From the NCBI GenBank assembly GCA_964291395.2, contig OZ219856.1, positions 2,400,001 to 2,464,000 on the forward strand: a stretch of 64,000 nt of DNA, given 5' to 3'. Below the pieces are notes generated by a model. That model ran no database searches. It was not told the DNA's origin and worked only from the letters and a program-made list of their open reading frames with translations. The DNA is from Alphaproteobacteria bacterium (lineage in GTDB: Bacteria > Pseudomonadota > Alphaproteobacteria > UBA2966). This document shows, piece by piece, positions 1-10,177 of this stretch. How positions within the stretch are numbered: the first letter of the stretch is position 1; the number at the start of each line of letters is the position of its first letter. A program made the translations under genes and the position numbers.

Positions 1-182
1 CGCGCCTTGCGCCGGACGATCGTGAAAGTGCCAAAATTGCCAATCCCGTAACGACCCTCCCTCTTCGACTTCCTCAGACCCGCCTCGATCTCACCCAAAA
101 CCAGATCAACCGTCCGCCTCGCCGCCGCCTTGCTCATGCCGCCCTTCCGGGCAACGTTCTCAATCAGCACGGTCCTGCTCAT
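1..182 (-). CDS. HU/IHF-family DNA-binding protein, 5' part (runs off window start)
   Basis: Manual translation MSRTVLIENVARKGGMSKAAARRTVDLVLGEIEAGL...IGNFGTFTIVRRKAR has the HU helices and FGTF motif; RBS GAGGAGG upstream; not in ORF track. Confidence 0.85.
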   Translation of the reverse strand, partial: MSRTVLIENVARKGGMSKAAARRTVDLVLGEIEAGLRKSKREGRYGIGNFGTFTIVRRKA

Positions 183-219
183 CTCTACCTCCTCTCGCGC
201 CGTGCCCTCCCTCAACAAC

Positions 220-248
220 ACTCTGCGCAATGACCCCACACCAGTCAA
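220..248 (-). promoter_or_regulatory. sigma70-type promoter for HU gene
   Basis: TTGACT-N17-CAGAGT on minus strand upstream of the HU RBS. Confidence 0.55.
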
Positions 249-331
249 CGACTGAAAAAAGGCGCTCCTGGAATTCCACGGCTCCATAGCTCATGGAGTA
301 CCCAGTCCTGTCGGGTTGAAGTCTTCACGCC

Positions 332-1621
332 TCAGCGCCCCACCCCCAGCGTCCGGCGTATCCATTCCGCCGCGACCAATGCCTTGTCGTCATTGGCATA
401 AGGAGCGGCGACCTGAATCCCCAAGGGTAATCCGTTGGGTCCATGTGCCGCGGGAACGGTTACCGACGCGCCGTACATCACCGTCCAGATCTTGCAGAAG
501 GTCGGATCGCCCGTGCTCTCCTCCCGGAGAGGCGCCTCGCCGGTTGCCGGCAACGTCATGATCACGTCATGGCCGTGCATCATCTCCGCAAACTGCGCGC
601 GGCAGATGACCGCGAGTGCCAGCGCGGCCCGATAATCTTCGCCCGTTCTCGCCTCTCCCATGGCCAGCAACTCCTTGAGGCGAGGGCTCAGCAAGCCGGG
701 ATAGGTCTCGCGCTCGAAGGTCAGCGTCCGCCACATCTCGAATCCAACCAACGTGTCCACGGCATCCTCGAGGGCATCGAATTCCGGCGGCAAAGAGACC
801 TCTTCAACGGTCGCCCCCGCGTGGGACAGACGTGAAACCGCCCCCTCGATCACGGCCTGCATGTAGTCTTCCGCCTTGTCCCATTGGGGTGTCCGGCAGA
901 ACGCGATGCGCGGCGCCGTTCTTACGGCATCATCGAGATCGACAGGCCCGGTATCCCACAGCGTCGCGGCGAGCAACATCGCATCCTCGACCGTCCTGGA
1001 CAGAATGCCGACCGTGTCCATGGAGGGTGCCAGCGGCTTCATGCCACCCACGTTGATGGCGTGAAACGACGGTTTGTAGCCGACGACCCCGCAATAGGCC
1101 GCCGGCCGGATGACCGAACCCGTGGTTTGCGAGCCGACGGCGATCGGCGACATATCGGCGGCGACGGCTGCCGCAGACCCCGCCGACGAGCCGCCGGGCG
1201 AGCGTGACAGCTCGTGGGGGTTGCGGGTCTTGGGCGGATGCTGGGTGGCGAATTCGGGCGTGACCGTCTTGCCGAGGATGACTCCTCCCTTCTCGCGGAT
1301 CATGGCGACGACGGCGGAGTCCTGCGGCGGCTGGTGGTTACGGTAAATGGGCGAGCCGTAGGCCGTCGGCATGTCGAAGGTGTCGAAGACGTCCTTGACC
1401 GCCACAGGCACGCCGTGGAGGGGCCCCCGCGCCGGCTCGCGGTCCCGAATGCGGGCTTCGTCCATGGATGTATCCCGGTCCACGTACACGTAGGCCTCGA
1501 CCTCCGGTTCGCGCGCCTCGATCTGCTCCAGAACCGCATCCGTCAGAACTTCCGAGCGAAGGTTTCCCGCTTCGATGCGCCGCGCCGCGTCGGCCGCCGT
1601 CAACGTATGCAAGTCCGTCAT
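332..1621 (-). CDS. Amidase signature family protein
   Basis: VAVKD lysine, PGGSSAGSAAAVAA and GSQTTGSVIRPA (Ser-cisSer-Lys triad). Confidence 0.92.
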   Translation of the reverse strand: MTDLHTLTAADAARRIEAGNLRSEVLTDAVLEQIEAREPEVEAYVYVDRDTSMDEARIRDREPARGPLHGVPVAVKDVFDTFDMPTAYGSPIYRNHQPPQDSAVVAMIREKGGVILGKTVTPEFATQHPPKTRNPHELSRSPGGSSAGSAAAVAADMSPIAVGSQTTGSVIRPAAYCGVVGYKPSFHAINVGGMKPLAPSMDTVGILSRTVEDAMLLAATLWDTGPVDLDDAVRTAPRIAFCRTPQWDKAEDYMQAVIEGAVSRLSHAGATVEEVSLPPEFDALEDAVDTLVGFEMWRTLTFERETYPGLLSPRLKELLAMGEARTGEDYRAALALAVICRAQFAEMMHGHDVIMTLPATGEAPLREESTGDPTFCKIWTVMYGASVTVPAAHGPNGLPLGIQVAAPYANDDKALVAAEWIRRTLGVGR

Positions 1622-1659
1622 CCCCGTTCCTCCACCCCCCGATTACGCTATCCGTCCTG

Positions 1660-2514
1660 TCACGTCGATGATCGGTCGTATCCCCAACGGTCATGCTCCA
1701 CAGCGTGGAAAAAATCTTTGAGCGCCCGATTAAAGGCCTCGGGTTCCTCGATATTGAGGTTGTGGCCTGACCAGGGAAACACGAGAAGTCCGGCCCGCGG
1801 CATGTGCCGGTGCATGAACAAGGTCGGTTGGATGGCTGGCGTGTCGACGTCGCCGAACATCAGCAGCGCCGGTACGTCGAATGCCTCGAACGCGTCCTTC
1901 TGCAAGTAGACCGACGGCCTGTCGGCGAACACTCCGCGAAGGGTGCGGGCGCATCCCTCGGCGGAATGCTTGGCAAGGCGGGCCCGGAAGGTCTCCCACC
2001 CACGGGGGTCCTTAATCTTGAAGGGCAAGCGCACCGTATCTTCGGCAAGGCTCATCGCCGTCTTCTCGGCTCCGTCCTCGTCGAATGCCGCGGCGCGCGC
2101 CTCGATTCCCTCAAGCACCGCGACCCTGTTCTCCAGGTCCGAGCCATGGCCGCCCGATCCCACCACCAGCGAGCGCGCCCGACCTGGATTGACGAGCGCG
2201 AAATTGAGTACGGCGTAGGATCCCATGGATACGCCGACGAGATGGGCTTGATCGACACCGAGATGATCCATCAGCTCTCCGATATCGGCAGAAGCCCGGG
2301 CTTGCGTGTATTTTTCCATGTCTTCCGGAATGTCGGAGGGAGGAAATCCGCGGGCCGCGTAGGTAACGCAACGGTATCGCCGCCCGAAGTAGTCAAGCTG
2401 CGGCTCCCACGTCTCATAGTTGTCCCCGAATTCGTGAGAAAAGACGATCGGAACACCTGAACCCACTTCTTCGTAGTAGATCTTCACGTCGTCGCTAGTG
2501 GTCATACGGGGCAT
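1660..2514 (-). CDS. Alpha/beta hydrolase
   Basis: GVSMG nucleophile elbow, C-terminal GHNLNIEEP; start placed at MPRMTT to avoid overlap with upstream aldolase. Confidence 0.88.
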   Translation of the reverse strand: MPRMTTSDDVKIYYEEVGSGVPIVFSHEFGDNYETWEPQLDYFGRRYRCVTYAARGFPPSDIPEDMEKYTQARASADIGELMDHLGVDQAHLVGVSMGSYAVLNFALVNPGRARSLVVGSGGHGSDLENRVAVLEGIEARAAAFDEDGAEKTAMSLAEDTVRLPFKIKDPRGWETFRARLAKHSAEGCARTLRGVFADRPSVYLQKDAFEAFDVPALLMFGDVDTPAIQPTLFMHRHMPRAGLLVFPWSGHNLNIEEPEAFNRALKDFFHAVEHDRWGYDRSST

Positions 2515-2539
2515 GTCCCGGACCCTCCCGTTCCGTCGG

Positions 2540-3244
2540 TCACGACCGGCGGGCGCGGTCCAGGAAATCCCGGGCCCCGGTCGCCAGCAAATTGTTCGCC
2601 ATCTCGTAGAAGAAACGCACGCCCCGGTCGACGTAAGCACCGACGTTTCCCCGGTTGACCAGCAATCCCGCCGTCCGACTTGCGCCGAGGATGGCATCGA
2701 TAGCGCCGTCGATGGCTTCCTGCACGTCATGGGGCCTCTCGTCGCCTTCCTCGAGCATGTGAAGGTCGTACCCCATGTCCTGGGCGAGATCTCCGCCGCC
2801 GATGAAGAAGACATCGATGCGGTCGTTCTTGAGCATGTCGGGCAGATTTTTCAGCCCCGCGCGCGACTCGATAATCACGATCACCAATTTTTCCTCGTGA
2901 TCCGTGGGCCGGGCGTAGCGAACCGTATCGACGACGTGTTGCGCCTCATGCGCCGTATGCACGAAGGGCACGATGATCCCGTCGACGCCCCGGTCGAGAT
3001 AACGGGTCAACAACCAGCGCAGATTGGTGTCGGGCCGTACGATGGAGGCGGTGCCGCTCACCCGCGCCGCCCGTGCCAACTCCTCCACGTCGCGAAAGGA
3101 CGGCGAGCCGCGCTCGCAGTCGATGAACACGCCATCGAACCCGAGGCTCCCGATCGTTTCGACCAGACTTGGCGCCACGTGGTTCGGATTTACGAACCAC
3201 ACCGGCTCATTCGCGGCGAGCTTCTCCTTGACGCGACGGCTCAT
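2540..3244 (-). CDS. HpcH/HpaI-family class II aldolase
   Basis: GFDGVFIDCE, IVRP, LDRGVDGIIVP, IIES and FIGGGDL motifs. Confidence 0.85.
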   Translation of the reverse strand: MSRRVKEKLAANEPVWFVNPNHVAPSLVETIGSLGFDGVFIDCERGSPSFRDVEELARAARVSGTASIVRPDTNLRWLLTRYLDRGVDGIIVPFVHTAHEAQHVVDTVRYARPTDHEEKLVIVIIESRAGLKNLPDMLKNDRIDVFFIGGGDLAQDMGYDLHMLEEGDERPHDVQEAIDGAIDAILGASRTAGLLVNRGNVGAYVDRGVRFFYEMANNLLATGARDFLDRARRS

Positions 3245-3404
3245 CTCGCGGAACTCCTTCTCAAGATCCGCACGAAGACACGGCGTGTCTCTGCGAGAGG
3301 CGGACGGCGACCTCGGACGTCACCGCTTCCCCGACCTCGCGCACACGCCTTCCCCGCGACGCAGATACGCCAAAGGGAAGGCGTGGAACGTGAGCGAAGC
3401 CGAG

Positions 3405-4391
3405 CTACATTTTCATTTCAGCCGGCAGTTTCACGCGGCCGGGATCGACTTCCTTCAGCAAATCCGGACAGAACCATTTGTCGAAGTCGAAGGCATCCAC
3501 GTCCTTCAACCGTCCCTGGTTCAGCATCTGCTGGAGGACTTCCTTGGTCTTGTCGAACGACTGCTGATCGAGCGCCACCTTGTAGGTGAGTTTGGGGTAG
3601 AGCTGGTTCATCAGGTCGGGCGACAGGTTGAGGAATTCGCCGACGATGTTCTTGGTGTCCGCCGCATCGTTCACGATGTGGTTGTTCGCGTCGATCATCG
3701 ACTTCATGAACTTCTTCGCCTTGTCCCGGTTCTCATCGATGTACTTGCGGTTCATGTAGATGAACACGACGTCGTAGAGGCCGACCTGCTTGTTGTCGAC
3801 CAGGATGTGGGTTCCGGGGATGGCGAGCGTCGCGCGCGACAGCCAAGGCTCCCAGTTCGCGAAAGCGACGATGTCGCCCCGCTCGATGGCAGCAGCCATT
3901 TCAGGCGGTTCAACGTTCACCACGCCCTCGTTGTACGCGTCGTAGTCGAGCTTGTAGTGGTCGAGAACAGCCTGCCACAGGGTTTCCGATCCGGTGCCGA
4001 TCGTAACGCCGATCTTCTGGCCCTTCAGATCTTCGATCTTCTTGATCTCGTCCGACGCCACGATGCCGTACCATCGGTCGAGGGTGACGATCTGCGCCAC
4101 GGCGCAGATGTTGTTGTCGACCAGATGGTTGTTGATGCCGGCAAGCGCTGCCGCCATGGATGCGTTCGACTGGTGACCGATGAGCAACGGCACCGACGCA
4201 CCGCCCGAGGGGCCGGTCTTGAGTTCCGTATCGAGACCGTTCTTCTTGGTGAAGCCACCGAGGTGACCCACATAGAAGATCGAGAATCCGGGATCGACCC
4301 CGGTTACCATCGTGAACTCAGCGGCCTTTGCCGACACCGTGCCGAATGCAGCGACGGCGGCCACGGCCGCAGCGGTGAGTAACTTACGCAT
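3405..4391 (-). CDS. ABC transporter substrate-binding protein, NitT/TauT family
   Basis: Signal peptide MRKLLTAAAVAAVAAFGTVSAKA; IEDLKGQKIGV and WEPW motifs; RBS GGAGGA. Confidence 0.88.
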   Translation of the reverse strand: MRKLLTAAAVAAVAAFGTVSAKAAEFTMVTGVDPGFSIFYVGHLGGFTKKNGLDTELKTGPSGGASVPLLIGHQSNASMAAALAGINNHLVDNNICAVAQIVTLDRWYGIVASDEIKKIEDLKGQKIGVTIGTGSETLWQAVLDHYKLDYDAYNEGVVNVEPPEMAAAIERGDIVAFANWEPWLSRATLAIPGTHILVDNKQVGLYDVVFIYMNRKYIDENRDKAKKFMKSMIDANNHIVNDAADTKNIVGEFLNLSPDLMNQLYPKLTYKVALDQQSFDKTKEVLQQMLNQGRLKDVDAFDFDKWFCPDLLKEVDPGRVKLPAEMKM

Positions 4392-4511
4392 GTTTTGTCC
4401 TCCCAAGTGAAAATTCCCAAGAGACAACCCATTACACCAAACGCCACCCGCGGGTTGCGTTACCGCCTCGGAGGGCGGAACGACCAATCACCACGCATTC
4501 GAGTCGCTCGC

Positions 4512-5348
4512 CTACGTGACGGGCGAATACCGTCCGGCAAATTTGAAGATTGCCCAACGGAAGCAGCGGTCCACGATGAAACCAAGGAGCGCCAGCGTCA
4601 GCAGGGCGACGAAAATCTCGGGGATCTTCATGTAAAGCCGAGACTCCCATAGCAGCGTGCCGATGCCGTGATTAGCGGCCACGAGTTCCGCCGCAACGAT
4701 CGTCGTAAAGGCGTTAGCCATGGCCACGCGCATGCCCGTGAGAATGAACGGCACGGTAGCCGGCAGCGTGACCAGGAAAAAAACCTGCGTCCGGGTCGCG
4801 CCGAGCGATTGTGCCGCGCGGGTCTTGTTGGGCGCGATACTCGACACGCCCGCGGCCGTCGTCAGAATGACGATGAATACCGTGGCGTACGTGATGATGA
4901 AGAACTTCGAAGCCTCGCCGATACCGAACCAGATCACGGCGACAGTGATCATCGCCACCGCCGGAATGAAGCGCAGGGTCTCCACGTAGGGATCCATGAA
5001 ACGGCGGACGGTTAGGAACGACCCCATCAATAGCCCAACGACGATGCCGATCGAAGATCCGAGAACGAACCCGACAGCGATCCGCATCATGCTGAAGCCG
5101 ACGTGCTCGAACAGCTTACCGTTGGCGATCAACTCGGCCGCCTTGGACAGCACAGGGAGCGGCGGCGGGAATAGTACCGACGAAAGCAAATAAACCGAGA
5201 TGAGGTGCCATAGTACAAACAGGCTGACGAAGCCGATGGCATAGATGCCGTAGAGGTTTGCAGTCTTCCTGAGGGTGGTCCAAGCAGCTTCACGCGCGCC
5301 CTCCTCGTCAGGCGCGGGACGTGTCGCCGAGACCTGCGCCGGGCTCAC
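4512..5348 (-). CDS. ABC transporter permease, NitT/TauT family
   Basis: Multiple TM segments, AAQSLGA (EAA-like loop), IVAAELV motif. Confidence 0.9.
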   Translation of the reverse strand: MSPAQVSATRPAPDEEGAREAAWTTLRKTANLYGIYAIGFVSLFVLWHLISVYLLSSVLFPPPLPVLSKAAELIANGKLFEHVGFSMMRIAVGFVLGSSIGIVVGLLMGSFLTVRRFMDPYVETLRFIPAVAMITVAVIWFGIGEASKFFIITYATVFIVILTTAAGVSSIAPNKTRAAQSLGATRTQVFFLVTLPATVPFILTGMRVAMANAFTTIVAAELVAANHGIGTLLWESRLYMKIPEIFVALLTLALLGFIVDRCFRWAIFKFAGRYSPVT

Positions 5349-6142
5349 GCGGCCTCCTCCTGGTCTTCGCGACTCAGCGATTGCAGCACCTCCTCGCGGA
5401 TCATGTCATAAACCTCGCGATAGACCTGCATGAAATCGTCGTCGGTACGGCGGCGCTCGGCGCCCAGATTCACCTCCACGATGCCCTTCAACGTCGACTC
5501 CGGCCCTGCAGTCATCACGCCGATACGCGATCCCAGCGTCACCGCCTCGTCTATGTCATGGGTGATGAACAATACGGGCGTCTCGTTCTGATGCCAGATG
5601 CGCGCGAGCTGCTCCTGCATGATGGTCCGGGTCTGGGCATCGAGGGCGCCGAAGGGCTCGTCCATCAGAAGCATCTTGGGCTCATTGGCCAGGCATCTCG
5701 CGATCTGGATCCGCTGTTTCATGCCGCCGGAGAGTTCGACCGGGAATTTGTCCTCCTGGCCGCCGAGACCCACGAGTTCGATATATTTGCGGGCATGGGT
5801 TTCCCGCTCGCCCTTCGGCATGCCTCGAAGTCGGGGACCGAACTCGACGTTCTGCAGCGCGCTGCACCAAGTGAATAGGGAATCATCACCCTGAAAGACA
5901 ACGCCGCGGTCCTCCCCAGGACCCGTGATGGGACGTCCATCCAGCATGACATCCCCACGGGTTGGGTGGTCGAATCCCGCGATGATGTTCAACACCGTGG
6001 TCTTGCCGCAGCCCGACGGACCGAGCAGACAGAAGAACTCACCTTCGTGTATCTCAAGGTCGAAATCGCGGATGGCCGTGTAGTCCGCCCCTTGGCGCGA
6101 ACGGAACGTCTTCTCGAGCCCGCTGATCGAGATCAGGCTCAT
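5345..6142 (-). CDS. ABC transporter ATP-binding protein, NitT/TauT family
   Basis: GPSGCGKT, LSGGMKQR, LLMDEPFGALD. Confidence 0.95.
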   Translation of the reverse strand: MSLISISGLEKTFRSRQGADYTAIRDFDLEIHEGEFFCLLGPSGCGKTTVLNIIAGFDHPTRGDVMLDGRPITGPGEDRGVVFQGDDSLFTWCSALQNVEFGPRLRGMPKGERETHARKYIELVGLGGQEDKFPVELSGGMKQRIQIARCLANEPKMLLMDEPFGALDAQTRTIMQEQLARIWHQNETPVLFITHDIDEAVTLGSRIGVMTAGPESTLKGIVEVNLGAERRRTDDDFMQVYREVYDMIREEVLQSLSREDQEEAA

Positions 6143-6385
6143 TCAGCCTCCTGCGATAACTCAAGCAATTCGGAGAGACCAAGCACCACCGATTGACCGT
6201 ACCATCCCTGGACGGTCGAGCCAGACGCTATCGTGGGAAATCTTAAGGCCGGTGTCTCGATGCACGCAACTTCCACAAGTCTCGACGGCGATCATTCGGA
6301 GGAATTTCGCATTGCATGGCCGTGGGCAGGAGGTAGAGACGCACGAAGTCTCCGTTACGGCGGCGGCCTATGCTACGACTCTGCC

Positions 6386-7039
6386 ATGAAAGCAGTCGAA
6401 TGGCAGATCAGCGATACGCCAGTCGGTTACGAAGAAGCCGTGGCCGCGATGGAGGCACGGGTTACGGACATTCAGGAACACTCGGCAGCGGAACTCGTGT
6501 GGCTTCTTGAGCATCCGGCCCTTTACACCGCGGGTACCGGTGCGCGGCCCGAAGACCTGCTCGACGGATCGCTCTTGCCTGTCCGTGCCACTGGGCGGGG
6601 CGGAAAGTACACCTATCACGGCCCAGGACAGCGGGTGGCTTACGTCATGCTCGACCTACGGGAGCGCGGACGCGACGTGCGCCGCCATGTAAACCTACTC
6701 GAGGAATGGCTCATCCGCGCCCTCGAGCGGTTCAACGTCGTGGGTGAACGACGCGAGGGACGGGTCGGCATCTGGATCGATCAGGGCGGCAGGCGCGAGG
6801 CCAAGATCGCCGCCGTGGGCGTCCGCGTGCGTCATTGGATCACCTATCACGGCGTGTCGTTGAACATAGAGCCGGACTTGGACCACTACCGGGGTATCGT
6901 ACCCTGCGGCATCGGCGAATACGGTGTCACGTCCCTCGTGGATCTGGGAATTCCCGTGACGACCGCTGAGGTGGATTCGGCATTGATGGAGACATTTGGC
7001 GGGGTATTCGGGCCGCAGGCGGCAATCGTTGACGCTTGA
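6386..7039 (+). CDS. lipB: Lipoyl(octanoyl) transferase
   Basis: [36 protein letters not shown]; start at MKAVEW. Confidence 0.95.
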   Translation: MKAVEWQISDTPVGYEEAVAAMEARVTDIQEHSAAELVWLLEHPALYTAGTGARPEDLLDGSLLPVRATGRGGKYTYHGPGQRVAYVMLDLRERGRDVRRHVNLLEEWLIRALERFNVVGERREGRVGIWIDQGGRREAKIAAVGVRVRHWITYHGVSLNIEPDLDHYRGIVPCGIGEYGVTSLVDLGIPVTTAEVDSALMETFGGVFGPQAAIVDA

Positions 7040-8263
7040 TCATTCGTCATCGGGAAGCACGACCGCACAAACGGTCGCCGCCGTGCCTCCCAGACCCAGG
7101 ACAACGAACGCCCAACCCCAGCCGGCACCGGCCTCGAACATGTCGAGCACGCTGCCGAACGCAAAGGGCGCGAGCGCCCCGATGCCGATGCCCAGGATGG
7201 ACCGGACCGCGAGGGCGCGGCCGAGCATCTCCTGTGGCACCGACTCGGTCATGGCGGTGGAGAGCACCGCCGAATCCCCGATCGCCGCGAAGCCATACAG
7301 GGCGGCGAACAGGAGCAGCAGCGTCGCCGGCAGGCCCCCGCTCCAGCCGAAGCCGAACGAGCAGGCCGTGCCGAGCGCCGCCATGACAAACAGCACCATA
7401 CGGCGCCCGAAGCGGTCGGATGCCCGTCCCATGGAGAACGAAGAGAAGAATCCAGATAGGTGGAGCACGATTGCGATCGTCACGCCGAGGCCTACCGCTC
7501 CCAACGAGAACCGCTCGCCGAGGGCGGCGAGCAGGAATGCCGGAGCCCACGCCCAGACGCCGAACAGCTCCCAGGAATGGCCGATATATCCGATCGTCAG
7601 CACGAAGGAGCGGCGATCGCGGAACAGATAGGTCCAGGCCTGCATAGTCTCGACGTCGTCGGAGACAACATTCACCGATCGATTGGCCGCGGAAGTGCCG
7701 AACAGGGCGCCCAACACGGAACCGGCCGCGCACACTAGAAACGCGGCCTCGTAGCCCTGTGTCGCCGTAAAACCGGTGGAGAGGCTGATGGAGCCGACAT
7801 AGCCCGCGGACATCGACGCCAGGATCCAACCGACGCCCCCACCCCGCCGTTCGCTCGGCAACTTCTGGGACACCAGCATGATCGCCGGAATGTAGGTGCC
7901 GCCCTGGGAGACGCCGACCAACGCGTAGAGCCACAGCGCCTCCGTGTAGGAACGCGCGTAGAGTGCAAATGCCAGCGACGCCAGCGCCGACAGCCAGCAA
8001 AACACTAGGAAGACCCTCTTGGCTCCGATTCGATCGGAGAACCAGGACGTAAAGAACAACGAGACGGCGAAGCCGGTGAAGAAACAAGTCTGAACAAAAC
8101 CCGCCTCGCTCGCCGTCATGGCCCACTCGCGGGTCAGCGTGGGCAAGGCCGCCGCGTAGGCCATGTAGATCAGGTTAAAGAAGAAGCGGCTGAGGCAGAG
8201 CGCGGTCAGCCACGACCGTTCGACCGTCGCGTCTTCCTTCGCTGCATCAACCAATGGCTTCAT
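7040..8263 (-). CDS. MFS transporter
   Basis: About 12 hydrophobic segments; SDRIGAK and ASDRFGRR motif A repeats. Confidence 0.88.
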   Translation of the reverse strand: MKPLVDAAKEDATVERSWLTALCLSRFFFNLIYMAYAAALPTLTREWAMTASEAGFVQTCFFTGFAVSLFFTSWFSDRIGAKRVFLVFCWLSALASLAFALYARSYTEALWLYALVGVSQGGTYIPAIMLVSQKLPSERRGGGVGWILASMSAGYVGSISLSTGFTATQGYEAAFLVCAAGSVLGALFGTSAANRSVNVVSDDVETMQAWTYLFRDRRSFVLTIGYIGHSWELFGVWAWAPAFLLAALGERFSLGAVGLGVTIAIVLHLSGFFSSFSMGRASDRFGRRMVLFVMAALGTACSFGFGWSGGLPATLLLLFAALYGFAAIGDSAVLSTAMTESVPQEMLGRALAVRSILGIGIGALAPFAFGSVLDMFEAGAGWGWAFVVLGLGGTAATVCAVVLPDDE

Positions 8264-8344
8264 AATTTTCCTATGCCGTTCACTGGGAAATGCGGCAAAC
8301 ACCGCTTACCTATGGTGCGCACCGTTCACCATAAGGATGTTGGC

Positions 8345-8842
8345 ATGGCTCTCCGTACGCTTCTCTTCGGCCTGATGGCCATTTCTGTTGGCGGCCCAGC
8401 CCTGGCCGACGAAATCGGCTCCGTGGACACCGCCTTCAAGCTGATCGGCGCCAACCACAAGATCGTCGTCGAGGCCTTCGACGACCCCAAGATCAAGGGC
8501 GTCGCCTGCTTCCTCAGCATGGCGCGAAAGGGCGGCATATCTGGCACGTTGGGTCTGGCGGAGGAGACGTCCGATGTCTCCATCGCCTGTCGCCAAGTCG
8601 GCCCGATCGAATTCGTCGAAGCCATTTCGTCAGACGATGAAGGCGAGCGCGTGTTCAAAGCGCGGCGCTCCGTCCTGTTCAAGAAACTCCAGGTCGTGCG
8701 ATTTCTTGATCGCGAGCGCAATTCGTTGGTTTATCTCGCCTACAGCGACAAGCTGATAGATGGATCGCCAAAGAATTCCGTCTCGGCCGTCGCCATGATG
8801 CCCTGGGGCGACAAATTGCCGAACGAACCCCTTGTCGAATGA
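8345..8842 (+). CDS. creA: CreA family periplasmic protein
   Basis: EIGSVDTAFKL, AFDDPKIKGVACF, SIACRQVGP, YSDKLIDGSPKNS. Confidence 0.9.
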   Translation: MALRTLLFGLMAISVGGPALADEIGSVDTAFKLIGANHKIVVEAFDDPKIKGVACFLSMARKGGISGTLGLAEETSDVSIACRQVGPIEFVEAISSDDEGERVFKARRSVLFKKLQVVRFLDRERNSLVYLAYSDKLIDGSPKNSVSAVAMMPWGDKLPNEPLVE

Positions 8843-8916
8843 TCCGCCCCGGACCGTGGCTGACAATTGCCGAAATGCATACAATGGGCGCGGCGAAGCT
8901 GACAAAGGGGCAAGAC

Positions 8917-9345
8917 ATGCCGGGCAGGCCAAAGACGACGACGGTGACGATCATCCCGTCATTGCGGTATTCGGATGCGTCCGCTGCGATCGATTGGCTG
9001 TGCAACGCATTCGGATTCGAGCAACAGCTCGTGGTCCCCGAGGACAACGGCGCCATCGCCCACGCGCAGCTTACATTCGGGAACGGCATGATCATGCTCG
9101 GTTCCGAGCGCGACGTACAGGGCGATCCGGTTGAACGATCCCCAAACGTTGACGCGTCATCTGCCCACGCTCGCTACGTCATCGTCGAGGATGCGGACGA
9201 TCATTGCGCAGGCGCGAAGGCGGCGGGCGCTGACATTATCATGGAGCCGGAGGATCAGCCTTATGGCGGGCGGCTGTACGCCTGTCGAGATCTTGAGGGA
9301 AATCCCTGGTACTTCGGCACCTACGATCCTTGGCAGGATAATTAG
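8917..9345 (+). CDS. VOC/glyoxalase-family protein
   Basis: PSLRYSDASAAIDWL, HAQL, PEDQPYGGR, RDLEGNPW. Confidence 0.88.
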   Translation: MPGRPKTTTVTIIPSLRYSDASAAIDWLCNAFGFEQQLVVPEDNGAIAHAQLTFGNGMIMLGSERDVQGDPVERSPNVDASSAHARYVIVEDADDHCAGAKAAGADIIMEPEDQPYGGRLYACRDLEGNPWYFGTYDPWQDN

Positions 9346-9392
9346 AGCGGATTTCTCAGCCCGATCAACGGGGCGACGGCCCCGACGCGGGA

Positions 9393-9848
9393 TCAGTCGA
9401 TCTCCACGATCATTTCCACCTCGATCGGAATCTGGAATGGCAGGGAACCCATGCCGACGGCGGAGCGGCTCCCGCGCCCCGATTCACCGAAGACCTCCAC
9501 CATGAGGTCGGAGAAGCCATTGATCACTTTGGGATGTTCCCGGAAATCGGGTGCCGCGTTGACCATGCCCAGCACTTTGACCACCCGGCGGACCCTGCTC
9601 AGGTCGCCGATCTCGGCCTTGAGGGTCGCCAACACGTTTATGCCGACGTTGCGAGCCGCCTGCTGCCCCTCTTCCACCGTCAGCGTATCCCCGACCTTGC
9701 CCTCCACGGGACCATTCGTTCCCCGCGGACCATGGCCCGAGAGGAATACCAAGTTCCCCGCCGTCACGGCGCCGACGTAGTTGCCCACCGGCGGCAGCGG
9801 GTCGCCGAGTTCGATGCCCAGTTCCCGTAGCCGGTCGTCGACACTCAT
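9393..9848 (-). CDS. RidA/YjgF-family protein
   Basis: GNYV, FLSGHGP, HPKVINGFSDL, RSAVGMGSLP; RBS GGAGGA 7 nt before ATG. Confidence 0.9.
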   Translation of the reverse strand: MSVDDRLRELGIELGDPLPPVGNYVGAVTAGNLVFLSGHGPRGTNGPVEGKVGDTLTVEEGQQAARNVGINVLATLKAEIGDLSRVRRVVKVLGMVNAAPDFREHPKVINGFSDLMVEVFGESGRGSRSAVGMGSLPFQIPIEVEMIVEID

Positions 9849-9862
9849 TTGCCAATCCTCCA

Positions 9863-10177
9863 CTATTCAGTCCGACGGGCGGAAAATCCCTGGCCGACCA
9901 AGGCACACCACTCGTCCTCATGGACCTCCGATTCGACAATGCAATTCACGATAGCCGAGGGCGGCCCGTCGGCGCACGCGGCGAGCATATCGTCCACTTC
10001 ACGGAGCGGGCCCACGAATACCGCTTCAACGCTGCCATCCACGCGGTTTTTGACCCAGCCGTCGAGACCGCGATGCGATGCTTCGTCGATGGTCCAGTAA
10101 CGGAATCCAACGCGCTGAACCCGCCCCAGGATGCGTACCTGCGCCGCCTTGATATCCCTGCGAGCGTTCTCAGCCAC
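9863..10177 (-). CDS. acyP: Acylphosphatase
   Basis: GRVQRVGFR and [13 protein letters not shown] signature; GPPSA. Confidence 0.9.
   Translation of the reverse strand: MAENARRDIKAAQVRILGRVQRVGFRYWTIDEASHRGLDGWVKNRVDGSVEAVFVGPLREVDDMLAACADGPPSAIVNCIVESEVHEDEWCALVGQGFSARRTE

Noticed and set aside
3250-3400. Short repeated words (CTTCCCCG, GACCTCG) between the binding-protein and aldolase genes
   Set aside because: Two short copies each in GC-rich DNA, with no regular spacing; not a CRISPR or REP array.
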